Source: Malacoraja senta (taxonomy: Eukaryota). Taken from it: a DNA stretch of 64,000 nucleotides. The stretch covers positions 1 through 64,000 of the forward strand of contig JAXLNO010002470.1 of the NCBI GenBank assembly GCA_038087875.1, written 5' to 3'. This document shows positions 36,698-48,945 of this stretch, one piece after another. The notes under the pieces were generated by a model. It made no database searches. It was not told the DNA's origin and worked only from the letters and a program-made list of their open reading frames with translations. The number at the start of each line of letters is the position of its first letter. The first letter of the stretch is position 1. Made by a program: the position numbers and the translations under genes.

Positions 36698-37521
36698 TCT
36701 TGTGTAAAGTCCTTTCTGAATAATTTCCCTTATCTGTGCTGAATGCTAACCTGGTTCTGGAAGGGCAGAGTTTGTGGATAATGCAATAGATGAAGTAGTT
36801 TGCATCAAGAAGCCATTGGGATAACCTCAGTGGAAGCTTGAGAGTGATGAGTGGTGAGTGTGGAATTCTCTGTCTCAGATCTCTGGATGCTTTCAAAAGA
36901 GAGTAGATAGGGCTCTTAAAGATAGAGGAGTCAGGGGGTATGGGGAGAAGGCAGGAACGGGGTACTGATTGGGGATGATCAGCCATGATCACATTGAATG
37001 GCGATGCTGGCTCGAAGGGCCAAATGGCCTCCTCCTGCACCTGTTGTCTACTGAACTCACTGTGGAATGAATCCATTAACGGAGCCGCTCTGTTGCCGGA
37101 TTCCATGTTGTCCCTGCCGTCCCTGTGGAAGCCTCACCGTCCCCATCAGATGCCGATTTCCCAGAGCCCTGGTTAAACGCGGCCGGCCGCTCACGGTTAA
37201 GTCTGTGAAAGCGGCCCCATCACAGACTGTGAGCAGCAGCAGGGTTCACTATAGAAAGGACCATTACGCCTATTGTAGCGGGTGGGTGGCTACTCGTTCC
37301 CTCCCCGCCCTTTACCCCGCCCGCCCGTCGCTTTATCTCTTCTCCCCTGAAGCAGGCAGGCAGGTCGGGCACCGTCGCAGCCGGTTCTGACATTGTTAAA
37401 CTTGCAGCAGCCGCGCACCGACTCCAACACTCCTGATCTTGAGCTGAAAGTCGAGCCGGTGTTCAGCTCCGGAGACCGTGTTGAGTAAATGCCCAGTGTC
37501 CGTTCCCTTGTCTTTCCGCAG

Positions 37522-38427
37522 TGAATTTAGTAGCGATTGTGATCCTGTCCCGGGGAAAGTGCGGCCTCTCCACCTGCACCACTCGCTACCTGGTGGCCAT
37601 GGCAGCGGCTGATCTACTGGTCCTCATTACCGAGGTCATTTTGTATCGGATCCGATATCATTACTTTTATTGGAGTTTCCTGTCCATCACCCCTGTGTGC
37701 AGTTAACTATGTACTGAAGTCCGCAGCTACAGACTGTTCTGTCTGGTTCACCGTCACTTTCACCTTTGATCGCTTTCTCGCCATTTGTTGCCAGAAGCTG
37801 AAAACTAAATATTGCAGCGGGAAAACTGCGGCTGTGGTTCTGGCAACAGCCGGCGTTCTGCTCTGTGTGGAAAACCTTTCCCGCTACTTCCCTAATGAAC
37901 CCTGGAGAATCATCGACAATGTCCCGTGGGGCTGTGACACGGTGGGCAGTTATTACACTGACCCCGGGTGGGTGGCATTTGATTGGATCGACACGGTTTT
38001 AACTCCACTCCTCCCTTTCTCTGTAATCCTGCTGCTCAACGCTCTGACAGTCCGCCACATTTTAGTGGCCAGTCGGGTCCGTAAGGGGCTGAGGGGTGAG
38101 AGCAAGGGGGAGAACCGCAGTGACCCGGAGATGGAGAGCAGGAGGAGGTCTGTGGTTTTACTCCTCACCATCTCCGGCAGCTTCATCCTCCTGTGGCTGA
38201 CGACGGTTGTAGAATTCGTCTATTATCAGATCACAGGAATTGGAAATGACCTGAATGATTCTCAATATATCTTTAGCAACGTCGGGTATTTGCTGAGTAA
38301 TCTCAGTTGCTGCACCAACACATTTATTTACGCGGTGACCCAGTCCAAGTTCAGGGAGCAGGTGAAGAGCGCGGTGAAATATCCGCTCACCTCAGTGCTT
38401 CGGCTGATGAATAAATCCGCGCCCTGA
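37522..38427 (+). pseudogene. GPR139-like class A GPCR, exon 2 (left copy), 2-nt deletion/stop before TM3
   Basis: Acceptor tctttccgcag; motifs NLVAIVIL, MAAADLL, TFDRF, LLPF and CCTNTFIY. AGT-TAA at ~37701-37706 arises from a 2-nt deletion, and the downstream frame VNYVLKSAATDCSVWFTVTFTFDRF...SAP* is open. Confidence 0.88.
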
Positions 38428-38444
38428 GCGCATCCATCCCAGAG

Positions 38445-38650
38445 GCGGGCGGGCGCAGTCTCTCCGCTCCGCCCCCCCCTGGCAACAGATGACGTCACGA
38501 TGGGGTGCGGCAGCCAATCGGATTGGATCTTCCGCTTCCCTTTCGGCCAATCAGTAGCCCCCTTCCCACCGGCAACAGATGACACTGTATGGGGGTATAC
38601 AGCGACTAATCAGAGGTCCCCCACCTCCCCTTAGCAACAGGTGATGTCAG
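38445..38650 (+). promoter_or_regulatory. promoter/enhancer-like cluster: three X1/X2-box-like units, CCAAT boxes, GC boxes, tandem ETS sites
   Basis: CCTGGCAACAGATGACGTCA (38478-38497), ACCGGCAACAGATG (38568-38581), CCTTAGCAACAGGTGATGTCA (38629-38649), CCAATCGGATTGG (38514-38526) and GGCCAATCAG (38545-38554). Mirrored at ~39381-39585. Confidence 0.45.
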
Positions 38651-38719
38651 AGGATCTGTTCTGGAACCTGGTGCTAGATCAGGATCTCCAGGACTTTGTG
38701 TTCTAGATCCAAGATCTCC

Positions 38720-38893
38720 CTCCACCTCCCCTCTCGCTCTCTATCTCTCTCTACATCACTCCCTCTCTCTCTCCCTCTCTCTCATTCACTCCCTTTCTCT
38801 CTCCTCTCTCCCTCTCTCTCTCTCCCCACCCTCTCTCCCTCTCCTCTCCCCTCTCTCTCTCCTTCTCTCCCTCTCTTTCTTTCCCCCTCTCTC

Positions 38894-38944
<51 letters not shown>

Positions 38945-38986
38945 ACTCTCTCCCTCTCCACTCGCTCTCCCTCTCCCACTCTCTCC

Positions 38987-39057
<71 letters not shown>

Positions 39058-39075
39058 CTCCCCTCTCTCCCCTCT
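38720..39075. repeat. (CT)n-rich polypyrimidine tract at the palindrome axis
   Basis: Almost pure C/T, including long perfect (CT)n runs. Confidence 0.95.
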
Positions 39076-39083
39076 GGCCAGAT

Positions 39084-39283
39084 NNNNNNNNNNNNNNNNN
39101 NNNNNNNNNNNNNNNNNNNNNNNNNNNNNNNNNNNNNNNNNNNNNNNNNNNNNNNNNNNNNNNNNNNNNNNNNNNNNNNNNNNNNNNNNNNNNNNNNNNN
39201 NNNNNNNNNNNNNNNNNNNNNNNNNNNNNNNNNNNNNNNNNNNNNNNNNNNNNNNNNNNNNNNNNNNNNNNNNNNNNNNNNNN
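39084..39283. other. assembly gap (exactly 200 N) at the symmetry axis
   Basis: Run of N with a round size, unlike the other four gaps. Confidence 1.
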
Positions 39284-39605
39284 AGAGGGAGAGCGAGAGG
39301 GGAGGTGGAGGGAGATCTTGGATCTAGAACACAAAGTCCTGGAGATCCTGATCTAGCACCAGGTTCCAGAACAGATCCTCTGACATCACCTGTTGCTAAG
39401 GGGAGGTGGGGGACCTCTGATTAGTCGCTGTATACCCCCCATACAGTGTCATCTGTTGCCGGTGGGGAAGGGGCTACTGATTGGCCGAAGGGGAAGCGGA
39501 AGATCCAATCCGATTGGCTGCCGCACCCCATCGTGACGTCACCTGTTGCCAGGGGGGGGGGCGGAGCGGAGAGACTGCGCCCGCCCGCCTCTGGGATGGA
39601 TGCGC

Positions 39606-40510
39606 TCAGGGCGCGGATTTATTCATGAGCCGAAGCACTGAGGTGAGCGGATATTTCACCGCGCTCTTCAACTGCTCCCTGAACTTGGACTGGGTCACCG
39701 CGTAAATAAATGTGTTGGTGCAGCAGCTGAGATTACTCAGCAAATACCCGACGTTGCTAAAGATATATTGAGAATCATTCAAGTCATTTCCAATTCCTGT
39801 GATCTGATAATAGACGAATTTTACAACCGTCGTCAGCCACAGGAGGATGAAGCTGCCGGAGATGGTGAGGAGTAAAACCACTGACCTCCTCCTGCTCTCC
39901 ATCTCCGGATCACCGCGGTTCTCCCCCTTGCTCTCACCCCTCAGCCCCTTACGGACCCGACTGGCCACTAAAATGTGGCGGACTGTCAGAGCGTTGAGCA
40001 GCAGGATTACAGAGAAAGGGAGGAGTGGAGTTAAAACCGTGCCGATCCAGTCAAATGCCACCCACCCGAGGTCAGCGTAATAACTGGCCACCGTGTCACA
40101 GCCCCACGGGACATTGTCGATGATTCTCCAGGGTTCATTTGGTAATAGCGGGAAAGGTTTTCCACACAGAGCAGAACGCCGGCTGTTGCCAGAACCACAG
40201 CCGCAGTTTTCCCGCTGCAATATTTAGTTTTCAGCTTCTGGCAACAAATTGCGACAAAGCGATCAAAGGTGAAAGTGACGGTGAACCAGACAGAACAGTC
40301 TGTAGCTGCGGACTTCAGTACATAGTTAACTGCACACAGGGGTGATGGACAGGAAACTCCAATAAAAGTAATGATATCGGATCCGATACAAAATGACCTC
40401 GGTAATGAGGACCAGTAGATCAGCCGCTGCCATGGCCACCAGGTAGCGAGTGGTGCAGGTGGAGAGGCCGCACTTTCCCCGGGACAGGATCACAATCCCT
40501 ACTAAATTCA
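39606..40510 (-). pseudogene. GPR139-like GPCR, exon 2 (right copy)
   Basis: Shares the AGT-TAA lesion (~40326) and has an additional 1-nt deletion near 40140-40148 (cccgctattacca vs cccgctacttccct). Confidence 0.88.
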
Positions 40511-41155
40511 CTGCGGAAAGACAAGGGAACGGACAATGGGCATTTACTCAACACGGTCTCCGGGGCTGAACACCGGCTCGACTTTCAGCTCAAAACCAGA
40601 AGTGTTGGAGTCGGTGCGCGGCTGCTGCAAGTTTAACAATGTCAGAACCGGCTGCGACTGTGCCCGACCTGCCTGCCTGCTTCAGGGGAGAAGAAATAAA
40701 GCGACGGGCGGGCGGGCTAAAGGGCGGGGAGGGAACGAGCAGCCACCCACCCGCTACAATAGGCGTAATGGTCCTTTCTATAGTGAACCCTGCTGATGCT
40801 CACAGTCTGTGATGGGGCCGCTTTCACAGACTTAACCGTGAGCGGCCGGCCGCGTTTAACCAGGGCTCTGGGAAATCGGCATCTGATGGGGACGGTGAGG
40901 CTTCCAGAGGGAAGGCAGGGACAACATGGAATCCGGCAACAGAGCGGCTCCGTTAATGGATTCATTCCACAGTGAGTTCAGTAGACAACAGGTGCAGGAG
41001 GAGGCCATTTGGCCCTTCGAGCCAGCATCGCCATTCAATGTGATCATGGCTGATCATCCGCAATCAGTACCCCGTTCCTGCCTTCTCCCCATACCCCCTG
41101 ACTCCTCTATGTTTAAGAGCCCTATCTACTCTCTTTTGAAAGCATCCAGAGATCT

Positions 41156-41807
41156 TTTTTTTTTTTTTTTTTTTTAATTTTTATTTATTAGAAGTACATT
41201 GCATTACAACCACATACATTAATACTCGTCATTTATATCTTCTTACAATTAATGTACTCCCTTTATTTATTTTTTTACACTAGAGAAAGAAAAGATTGAA
41301 AGAGAGAAGAAAGTGAAGGAAAAAGTGCAAGTGTAGAAAAGTGTAGAAAATGTAACAACAAAAAAGGACGAAGACCCTATAAGAGCGAAATTAAAAACAA
41401 AAAGAAAAAGAGTTAAGAAATAGGCCCTAAGAAAAGAAAAGAGAAAGAGAAAAAAAGAGAAACAAATGTTTTTTTTTTTGAGCATCACGTAAATAGGACA
41501 TACCAACTCTTCAACTATCATCCCCCCTTACCCGACCTCAATTTTTTATTTTGTAAAGTACTTTTGCACCCCTATGTTTGTAATAATTCTATAAATGCAG
41601 ACCACGTCAGGTGGAAGTGATCTGGTTTACCTGCTAGGAGGAGTCTTATCTCTTCAAGGTGTAATGTTTCAAACATATTTGAAATCCACATATTTATAGT
41701 TGGTATTGGAGCCTTCTTCCAACATTTTAGATTTAGCTTTTTTTCCAGTTATTAACCCATAATCCATTAATTTCTTTTGAAACACATTTAGTTCTGGATC
41801 ATCTTCC
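41156..41807 (-). mobile_element. 5'-truncated L1 (family B, 652 bp), right arm only, 14-bp TSD
   Basis: GCATCCAGAGATCT at 41142-41155 and 41808-41821, poly(T) from 41156, and a single target copy in the left arm at 36877-36890. Confidence 0.93.
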
Positions 41808-43207
41808 GCATCCAGAGATCTGAGACAGAGAATTCCACACTCACCACTCATCACTCTCAAGCTTCCACTGAGGTTATCCCAATGGCTTCTTGATGCAAAC
41901 TACTTCATCTATTGCATTATCCCCAAACTCTGCCCTTCCAGAACCAGGTTAGCACAGATAAGGGAAATTATTCAGAAAGGACTTTACACAAGAGTAGACA
42001 AAAGTGCTGGAGTAACTCAGCGGGTGAGGCAGCATCTATGCAACGAAGGAAACAGGTAACGTTTCGGGCCGAAACCCTTCTTCAGACTGGAAATAGTTAC
42101 CTATTTACTTCGCTCCATTGATGCTGCCTCACCCGCTAAGTTTCTCCAGCACTTTTGTCTACCTTCGATTTTCCAGCATCTGCAGTTCCTTCTTAAACAC
42201 TTTACACAAGAGTGCAACACGAGGAGCAGAAGTGGGCCATTCGGCCCATCATGTCTACTCCGCCATTCAATCATGGCCGATATATCTTTCCCTCTCAACC
42301 CCATTCTCTTGCCTTCTCCCCGTAACCCCCCGACACCCGCACTAATCAAGAATCTATCACTCTCCGCCTTAAACCTATCCATTGACTTGACCTCCACCCC
42401 CGTCTGCCGCAATGAATTGCACAGATTCACCACCCTCTGTCTAACGAAATTGCTCCTCATCTCCTTTCCAAAAGTAAAGGTAAAGCTGGGGCAAGAACGC
42501 ACTACAATGGCCGCCATATCCAATCATCCCTGATATTCCTCTTTCTCTCCCTCCCCACACAAGGTGCCATTCACACTTCCCTCCTGAAGCAGAGGCCAAT
42601 TGTTGCAAATGAGAGTCCACCCCTTCTGGTCCAGACGGTCGACGCAGAAAGCGGAGTAACTCAGCGGGACAGGCAGCATCTCTGGAGAGAAGAAATGGGA
42701 CTGAAGAAGGGTCTGAATCCGAAACGTCACCCATTCCTTCTCTCCAGAGATGCTGCCCGTCCCGCTGAGTTACCCCAGCACTTTGTGTCTATCTTCGATT
42801 TTTTTTTATTTTATTTTTTTATTTTTATTTATTAGAAGTACATTACATTACAACCGCATACAATAGTACTCGTCATTTATATCTTCTTACAATTAATGTA
42901 CTCCATTTATTTTTTTACACTAGAAAAGGAAAAGATTGAAAGAAAGAAGAAAGTGAAGGAAAAAGTGAAAGTGTAGAAAATGTGACAACAAAAAAGGACG
43001 AAAACCCTATCAGAGCAAAATTAAAAACAAAAGAAAAAGAGTTAAGAAATAGGCCCTAGAAAAGAAAGAGAAAGAGAAAGAGGAAAAAGAGAGAAACAAA
43101 TATTTTTATGAGCATTACGTAAATGGGACATACCAACTCTTCAACTATCATCCCCCCTTACCTGACCTCAATTTTTTTAATTTTTTTTTTTAAAGTACTT
43201 TTGCACC

Positions 43208-46200
43208 CTATATTTGTAATAATTCTATAAATGCAGACCACGTCTGGTGGAAGTGATCTGGTTTACCTGCTAGGAGGAGTCTTATCTCTTCTAGGTGTAA
43301 TGTTTCAAACATATTTGAAATCCACATATTTATAGTTGGTATTGGAGCCTTCTTCCAAAATTTTAGAATTAGCTTTTTTCCAGTTATTAACCCATAGTCC
43401 ATTAGTTTCTTTTGAAACACATTTAGTTCTGGACCATCTTCCGTTATTCCGAAGATAATCCATTCTGCTTTGGGTATCAGTCTTGTTTTAAATAACTTTG
43501 TAAAGATTTCAAAAATGTCATTCCAAAATTTTTGAATTTTTGTACAGAAAACGAATGAGTGCGCTATAGTAGCTTCTTGGGATTGACATTTATCACAAAT
43601 AGATGATACATTTGGGAAAATTTTATGAATTTTAGTTTTCGAATAATATAATCTATGTAAAATTTTAAATTGTATTAAAGTGTGTCTTACATTAATCGAG
43701 CATTTATGCACGTTTAATAAGTATTCATTCCAACTTTCCTTTGAAATATTAATAGCTAACTCTTGTTCCCAGTCTCTTCTGATACCCTCCGTAGATGGTA
43801 TTTGTACATTTAAGATAATATTATACAAATATGATATTAAGTTTGCTGATTCCGCTTTTATCTGCATTGCCTCGTCCAATACATCTACTGGGTTATTATA
43901 ATGATCTTTTGTATATTTTTTCAAATAGTCGCATATTTGAAAATATTTAAAATATTGATTATTTCCGAGTTTATATTTTATTTGTAATTGTTGAAATTAA
44001 AGTAATTTTCCAGTTTCATACAAGTCACCAAGCGTTTTAATTCCTAGTCTATCCCAATGTGTAAAAGCTTTATCTATAATAGAAGGATTAAACGAAGGGT
44101 TAATAAGTATAGGTAATAAAAGTGATACATTTCTTAATTTTAAGTTTTGTTTTATTTGTTTCCAAATTCGGATTGTACTATGAATAATTGGGTTCTTATT
44201 ATAATTTATGTTATTCAATTTCATTGGAGAAAGGAGGATCGCTCCAATGTTTCTAGAGGAGCAATCCTCTTTCTCCATTACAATCCAGTCCACTTGCTGG
44301 GCGGAGTTATCCATCAGTTGAATCATATTTTTAATATTTACTGACCAATAATAATACATAAAATTAGGTAGTGCTAAACCCCCTAATACTTTAGGTTTAT
44401 TCAGATGAGTTTTTTGTATTCTATGTGATTTATAGTCCCATATAAAATTAGATATCTGAGTCGAGTTTATTAAAAAACGTCTTTGGTAAGTATATAGGAA
44501 TTGATTGAAATAGGTATAAAATTTGTGGTAGAAAGATCATTTTTATTGCGTTTATTCGGCCTATTAAAGACATCGGGAGCGTTTTCCAGAATTTAATTAG
44601 TGTGTTTAATTTATTAAGTAGGGGGTCAAAATTTGCCCTAAACATACCTTGATATGTTCTGGTAATTTCGTTTCCCAAGTATTTAAATTTTTCTGTAGCT
44701 ATTTTAAAAGGGAATTTTAAAATATGTGTTGAATCTTTCTTTTTTATTGACATAATTTCACTTTTATTCCAATTTATTCTATATCCAGAAAAAGATCCAA
44801 AGTCTTCAATTAAATTTAATATATTTGGTATAGTGATTTGAGGTTTTGTAATGTACAGTAAAATATCATCCGTGTATAAAGATATTTTATTATATGAGTC
44901 TTTAGTATTATATCCATGGATATCAGGGTGTATTCTAATTTTTTCTGCTAGCGGTTCAATAATGAGAGCAAACAGCTGTGGTGATAATGAGCATCCTTGT
45001 CTATTTCCCCTTGATAGTTGGAATTTCGAGGATAATATGTTATTAGTTAGTATTCTAGCTGTAGGTTTGTTATATAGTAACTTGGTCCATAGAATAAAAT
45101 TCGCCCCAGTTGAAATTTTTGTAATACTTTGTCCATATAATTCCATTCTACTTGATCAAATGCTTTTTCAGCATCCAGCGAAATAATTGATAATTCTTGA
45201 TCTTCAGATTTGTGTGAGTGCATTATGTTGAGTAGACGTCTCATATTGTTAGATGAGTATCTCTTAGGGATAAACCCCGTCTGATCTGTGTTTATTAATT
45301 TACTAATGTATTTACTTAATCTTCTAGCTAATGTTTTCGCTAATATTTTTTGATCTGTGTTTAACAATGCTATAGCTCTATATGAACCAGGTTCTTCTAA
45401 ATCTTTGTTTTTCTTAGGTATTAGTGTAATCGTTGATTCCGCTAATGTATCAGGTAGTATTCGTTTTTTAAAAGCATATTGGTACATTTTTTGTAATCTT
45501 GGTATTATTTTATCATAAAACCTTTTATAAAATTCATTAGTAAATCCGTCAGGGCCTGGTGTTTTTCCATTCTTTAGTGAGTTTATTGTATCTTCTAATT
45601 CCTTAATTGAGATTTGTGCACCCAGTTCCTCTTGTTCCTTCAGCTCTAACTTTGGAAGATTACAGGTATCCAAAAACTTTGTGATATTATTGGAATCAGT
45701 TGTCGTTTTAGATGTATACAAATTCTCATAAAATTGCGCAAATCTTTTATTAATATCCTTCGGTGTTGTTAATAATTCCCCTTTATCTGATTTGATCTTT
45801 GGTATAGTATGTTCCTTTTCTCGTTTTTTTAGCTGGCGAGCCAAAAGTTTATGCGGTTTATCCCCAAATTCAAAGTGCTCTTGTTTTGTAATTTGAAAAA
45901 AGTCTTATAAGTTTGGCAGATAATAATTTATTTAATTTAAATTTCAAAATTATTATTTTATTATGTTTATCTATTGATGGATCTTTAGCATTATCTATAT
46001 CCATTTGTCTAATAAGTTCTTCTAACTGTCTTTGTTCATTCTTATTCTTTTTATTTTTAAAAGCTTGATATGAAATTATAATACCCCTAATGTATGCTTT
46101 AAAAGATTCCCATAATACAGTAGGCGATATATCTGGAGTATCATTTATTTGAAAAAAGACCTCCATTTGTTCTTTTAAATATATACTCGTTTGTGGATCT

Positions 46201-46993
46201 TTTAGAATTTGAGAATTAATTCTTCAAAACGATTTATTCTTAGACAATCCTTCCAGTTTTAAAAAGAAAGTTAGTGGAGAATGGTCTGAAATCGTATTTG
46301 TGTGGTATATTGCATTAGATGTTTGGGGGATTAATTTTGTATCCAGCAGAAAGTAGTCTATACGTGAGTATGTCTTATGTACCATTGAGTAAAACGAATA
46401 TTCCCTGCCAGTTGGATTCACAATTCTCCAAACATCTGCTATATTAGTGTTATTTATGGAGGTATTGAGGAGTTCCCCAGTTTTCGATTTCATATTCCCT
46501 CTCTGTTTTTGACTTGATTTATCTAAGTACGGATCAAAAACACAGTTAAAGTCTCCGCCTATTATAACATTTTGATAGTTTGACTCTGCAATTATGTTGA
46601 AAATTGTATTGAAAAAGTGGGGGTTATCAAAGTTAGGGGCATATATATTTACCAAAGTAAGTGGAGTGTCATGGATTTCTCCATTAACTATTAGGTATCT
46701 CCTATATCTGTTATGATATTCTTTGCTTTAAATGGTATACCTTTTCTTATGATGATTGACGTGCCTCTAGATTTTGAAGTAAATGAAGAATGGTATGTTT
46801 GACCTATCCATTTCGCCCTCAACCTAACTTGATCCTGAGATTTTAGGTGTGTTTCTTGTAGGAAGGTAATGTCGGAGTTGTACAGTTTCAGCTGAGCTAG
46901 TATCTTACCCCTTTTAATAGGTTCGTTAATACCTCTTATATTCCAACTACAAAATGAGATTCCTCCTAGGTTCTTATGTGTGGTGTCATGCAT
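43208..46993 (-). pseudogene. L1 ORF2 (APE-RT-CCHC), split by several frameshifts
   Basis: SWNIRG, QETH, GGDFN, SRIDY, SDHSP, LDAEKAFD, QGCSLSP, YTDD and CDKC motifs across six ORF pieces. Confidence 0.92.
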
Positions 46994-47898
46994 TTTGAAT
47001 AATTATAGTACCTTTAAATCTTGTGGTGCATCCATATCCCAGGTCTTTGTGTATTGGGGGAGCTTTTGAGTTTTTAAGTTTTGCTGCTTATCACTAAATT
47101 TTACGCTTATCACTAAACACAAAACACAAACAAGTGATTTTATGTGATAAAAAAAACTAAAAAAGTGAAAATACAGTGTCTAATATAGTTGGCACTGTAG
47201 CGAGTGTCCCACCTGTAGGTGGGAAAAAACCTTGTTTTGACTTCCATTGCGTTGTTACACAAATAGCTCCGCTCTCTTGGTTAATCATAACATATTAAAA
47301 TATTAAAACGGGGCCTCACATTCAGATATATAATACAATTTTACCCTGTATATTTCATTATAACATATATATATATCGGAATTTTAACTACTAATTATTA
47401 AACCGATACTTTTGACTTCAATAAGAATCAACTGTTGGTTGAAGGGGTTAACGAGACGTGCTCCTGGGCCTAAGCCAGGTGCTCGTTTCTCACCCCCTCC
47501 TCCCACTTATAGATAAGGTTTCAATTTATTAAAAATTCATATTGGTATGTTAGTTCGTTATTTTTTATTTTTGTTTTTGTTAGTATTCTAATCTAACATG
47601 CATAACTTATTAAGTTGTTAATAGGATAAGTTCTTACAATTGGTTATAATATTATAATCTAATAAGCAAGTATATGCTTTCTGGTATATACCCTTCCCAT
47701 CTGTTCAGCTGTTTACTCGTTTTGAACAGAACGTGTCCTTGATTCAACATTCCAAAGATAACAGTCTAACTATCCCCAGACAAAGCATTGCTTAGAATGG
47801 TTCAGGTCTGCCAAACCTCCCTTTCATTTCTATTTTTCAACGATAGTTGGGCATATGTAAACACGTCTTCAGGCTTAACAAATGACTTTTCAAGACCC

Positions 47899-48945
47899 TT
47901 AAAGGAAATAAGCATTTTCGCGGGATAAAAAAAACCCATATCTGATCCCTTCTCTCCCTCTTAAAAGATCCTTAACCTTCTCGAATTTGTTTCTTTTTTG
48001 CACAATTTCATACGGGTAGTCCCTGAATATCTTAATAGTGTCATTGTCCAGCAGCAGTTGCACACCGTATTTGATTTTGCTCATAACATCTTCCAGTTCT
48101 AAAATATACCGAAATTTCACAATAATATGTCGTGGATAAGTTTTTCCCGCACCAGATCTTTGTTTAAATCTTGGGACACGATGAGCCACTTTGATTTTCG
48201 GTTCTTTGGAAAGATTCAGCAGTTGTTTAAACAAGCCCATGGCAAACTCGCGTACATCCTCCCCTTCGGCTCCCTCTGAAACTCCAAGAATTCTCAAATG
48301 CTGGCGTCTAGAGCGAGCTTCCAGGTCCAGGCATTTGACTGAGACTTTCTCCAGTTGAGTCACCATCTGTAGTGAAGTTTGTTCATTTTCTCGCCTCATT
48401 TGCTCATGTTCTTGCCTCTTTTTCGCCATGTCTTCAACCACTCGAGCCGTATTTTTCTCGAATTCCGTAATTGTGCGCATACTTGCAGCTACTGTTTCAA
48501 GCACAGCCGTGAAGTTGTCCGTAGTAGTTACATCCATCTTGTCCATTCTCTCTGATAGTCCATCTTTCACCTCATCAATTCGTTTGTTCATAATGTCCAG
48601 TGAATCAATCATATTCTTCTGATTACCAGCATTTAAATCCCTCATCATCTTCTCCATTCCTTCCATCATTTTTGCCATATTTTCCTTCATTTCCTTCTTA
48701 TCTTCCTTCATATTTTCCTTCATATTTTCCATCATAATTTTATTTTCGTCCAAAATCTCATCTTTCATATTTTTCACTGATTTCTTCCAGTCATCAAACT
48801 CTTTCTTAGATCTTGTATCCATTTCTGCAGCCACTTCAGAGACTTCAGAGACTTCAGAGGTAACTTCTGCTTCAGGCTTCTTCTGGTCTCTCAGCAGCTT
48901 TTTCACTGCTCTCTGAGGGCTCACAGCTGGAGGCAGGTTACTCAT
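47899..48945 (-). CDS. L1 ORF1p (348 aa open frame; C-terminus possibly frameshifted)
   Basis: Coiled coil, then LEARSRRQHLRILGV, AHRV, PRHIIVKF and IFRDYP motifs. Confidence 0.85.
   Translation of the reverse strand: MSNLPPAVSPQRAVKKLLRDQKKPEAEVTSEVSEVSEVAAEMDTRSKKEFDDWKKSVKNMKDEILDENKIMMENMKENMKEDKKEMKENMAKMMEGMEKMMRDLNAGNQKNMIDSLDIMNKRIDEVKDGLSERMDKMDVTTTDNFTAVLETVAASMRTITEFEKNTARVVEDMAKKRQEHEQMRRENEQTSLQMVTQLEKVSVKCLDLEARSRRQHLRILGVSEGAEGEDVREFAMGLFKQLLNLSKEPKIKVAHRVPRFKQRSGAGKTYPRHIIVKFRYILELEDVMSKIKYGVQLLLDNDTIKIFRDYPYEIVQKRNKFEKVKDLLRGREGIRYGFFLSRENAYFL

Larger units (their letters stand above)
19018..38745 (+). repeat. left arm of large inverted duplication
   Basis: Reverse-complement collinear with 39284-64000 (e.g. 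35110/49929, 37521/40511, 28056/56196, 19808/62450, ~19018/64000). About 3% divergence by eye. Confidence 0.95.

Noticed and set aside
38696-39424. 242-aa Ser/Leu-rich and Arg/Glu-rich ORFs
   Set aside because: Translations of the (CT)n tract and N gap.
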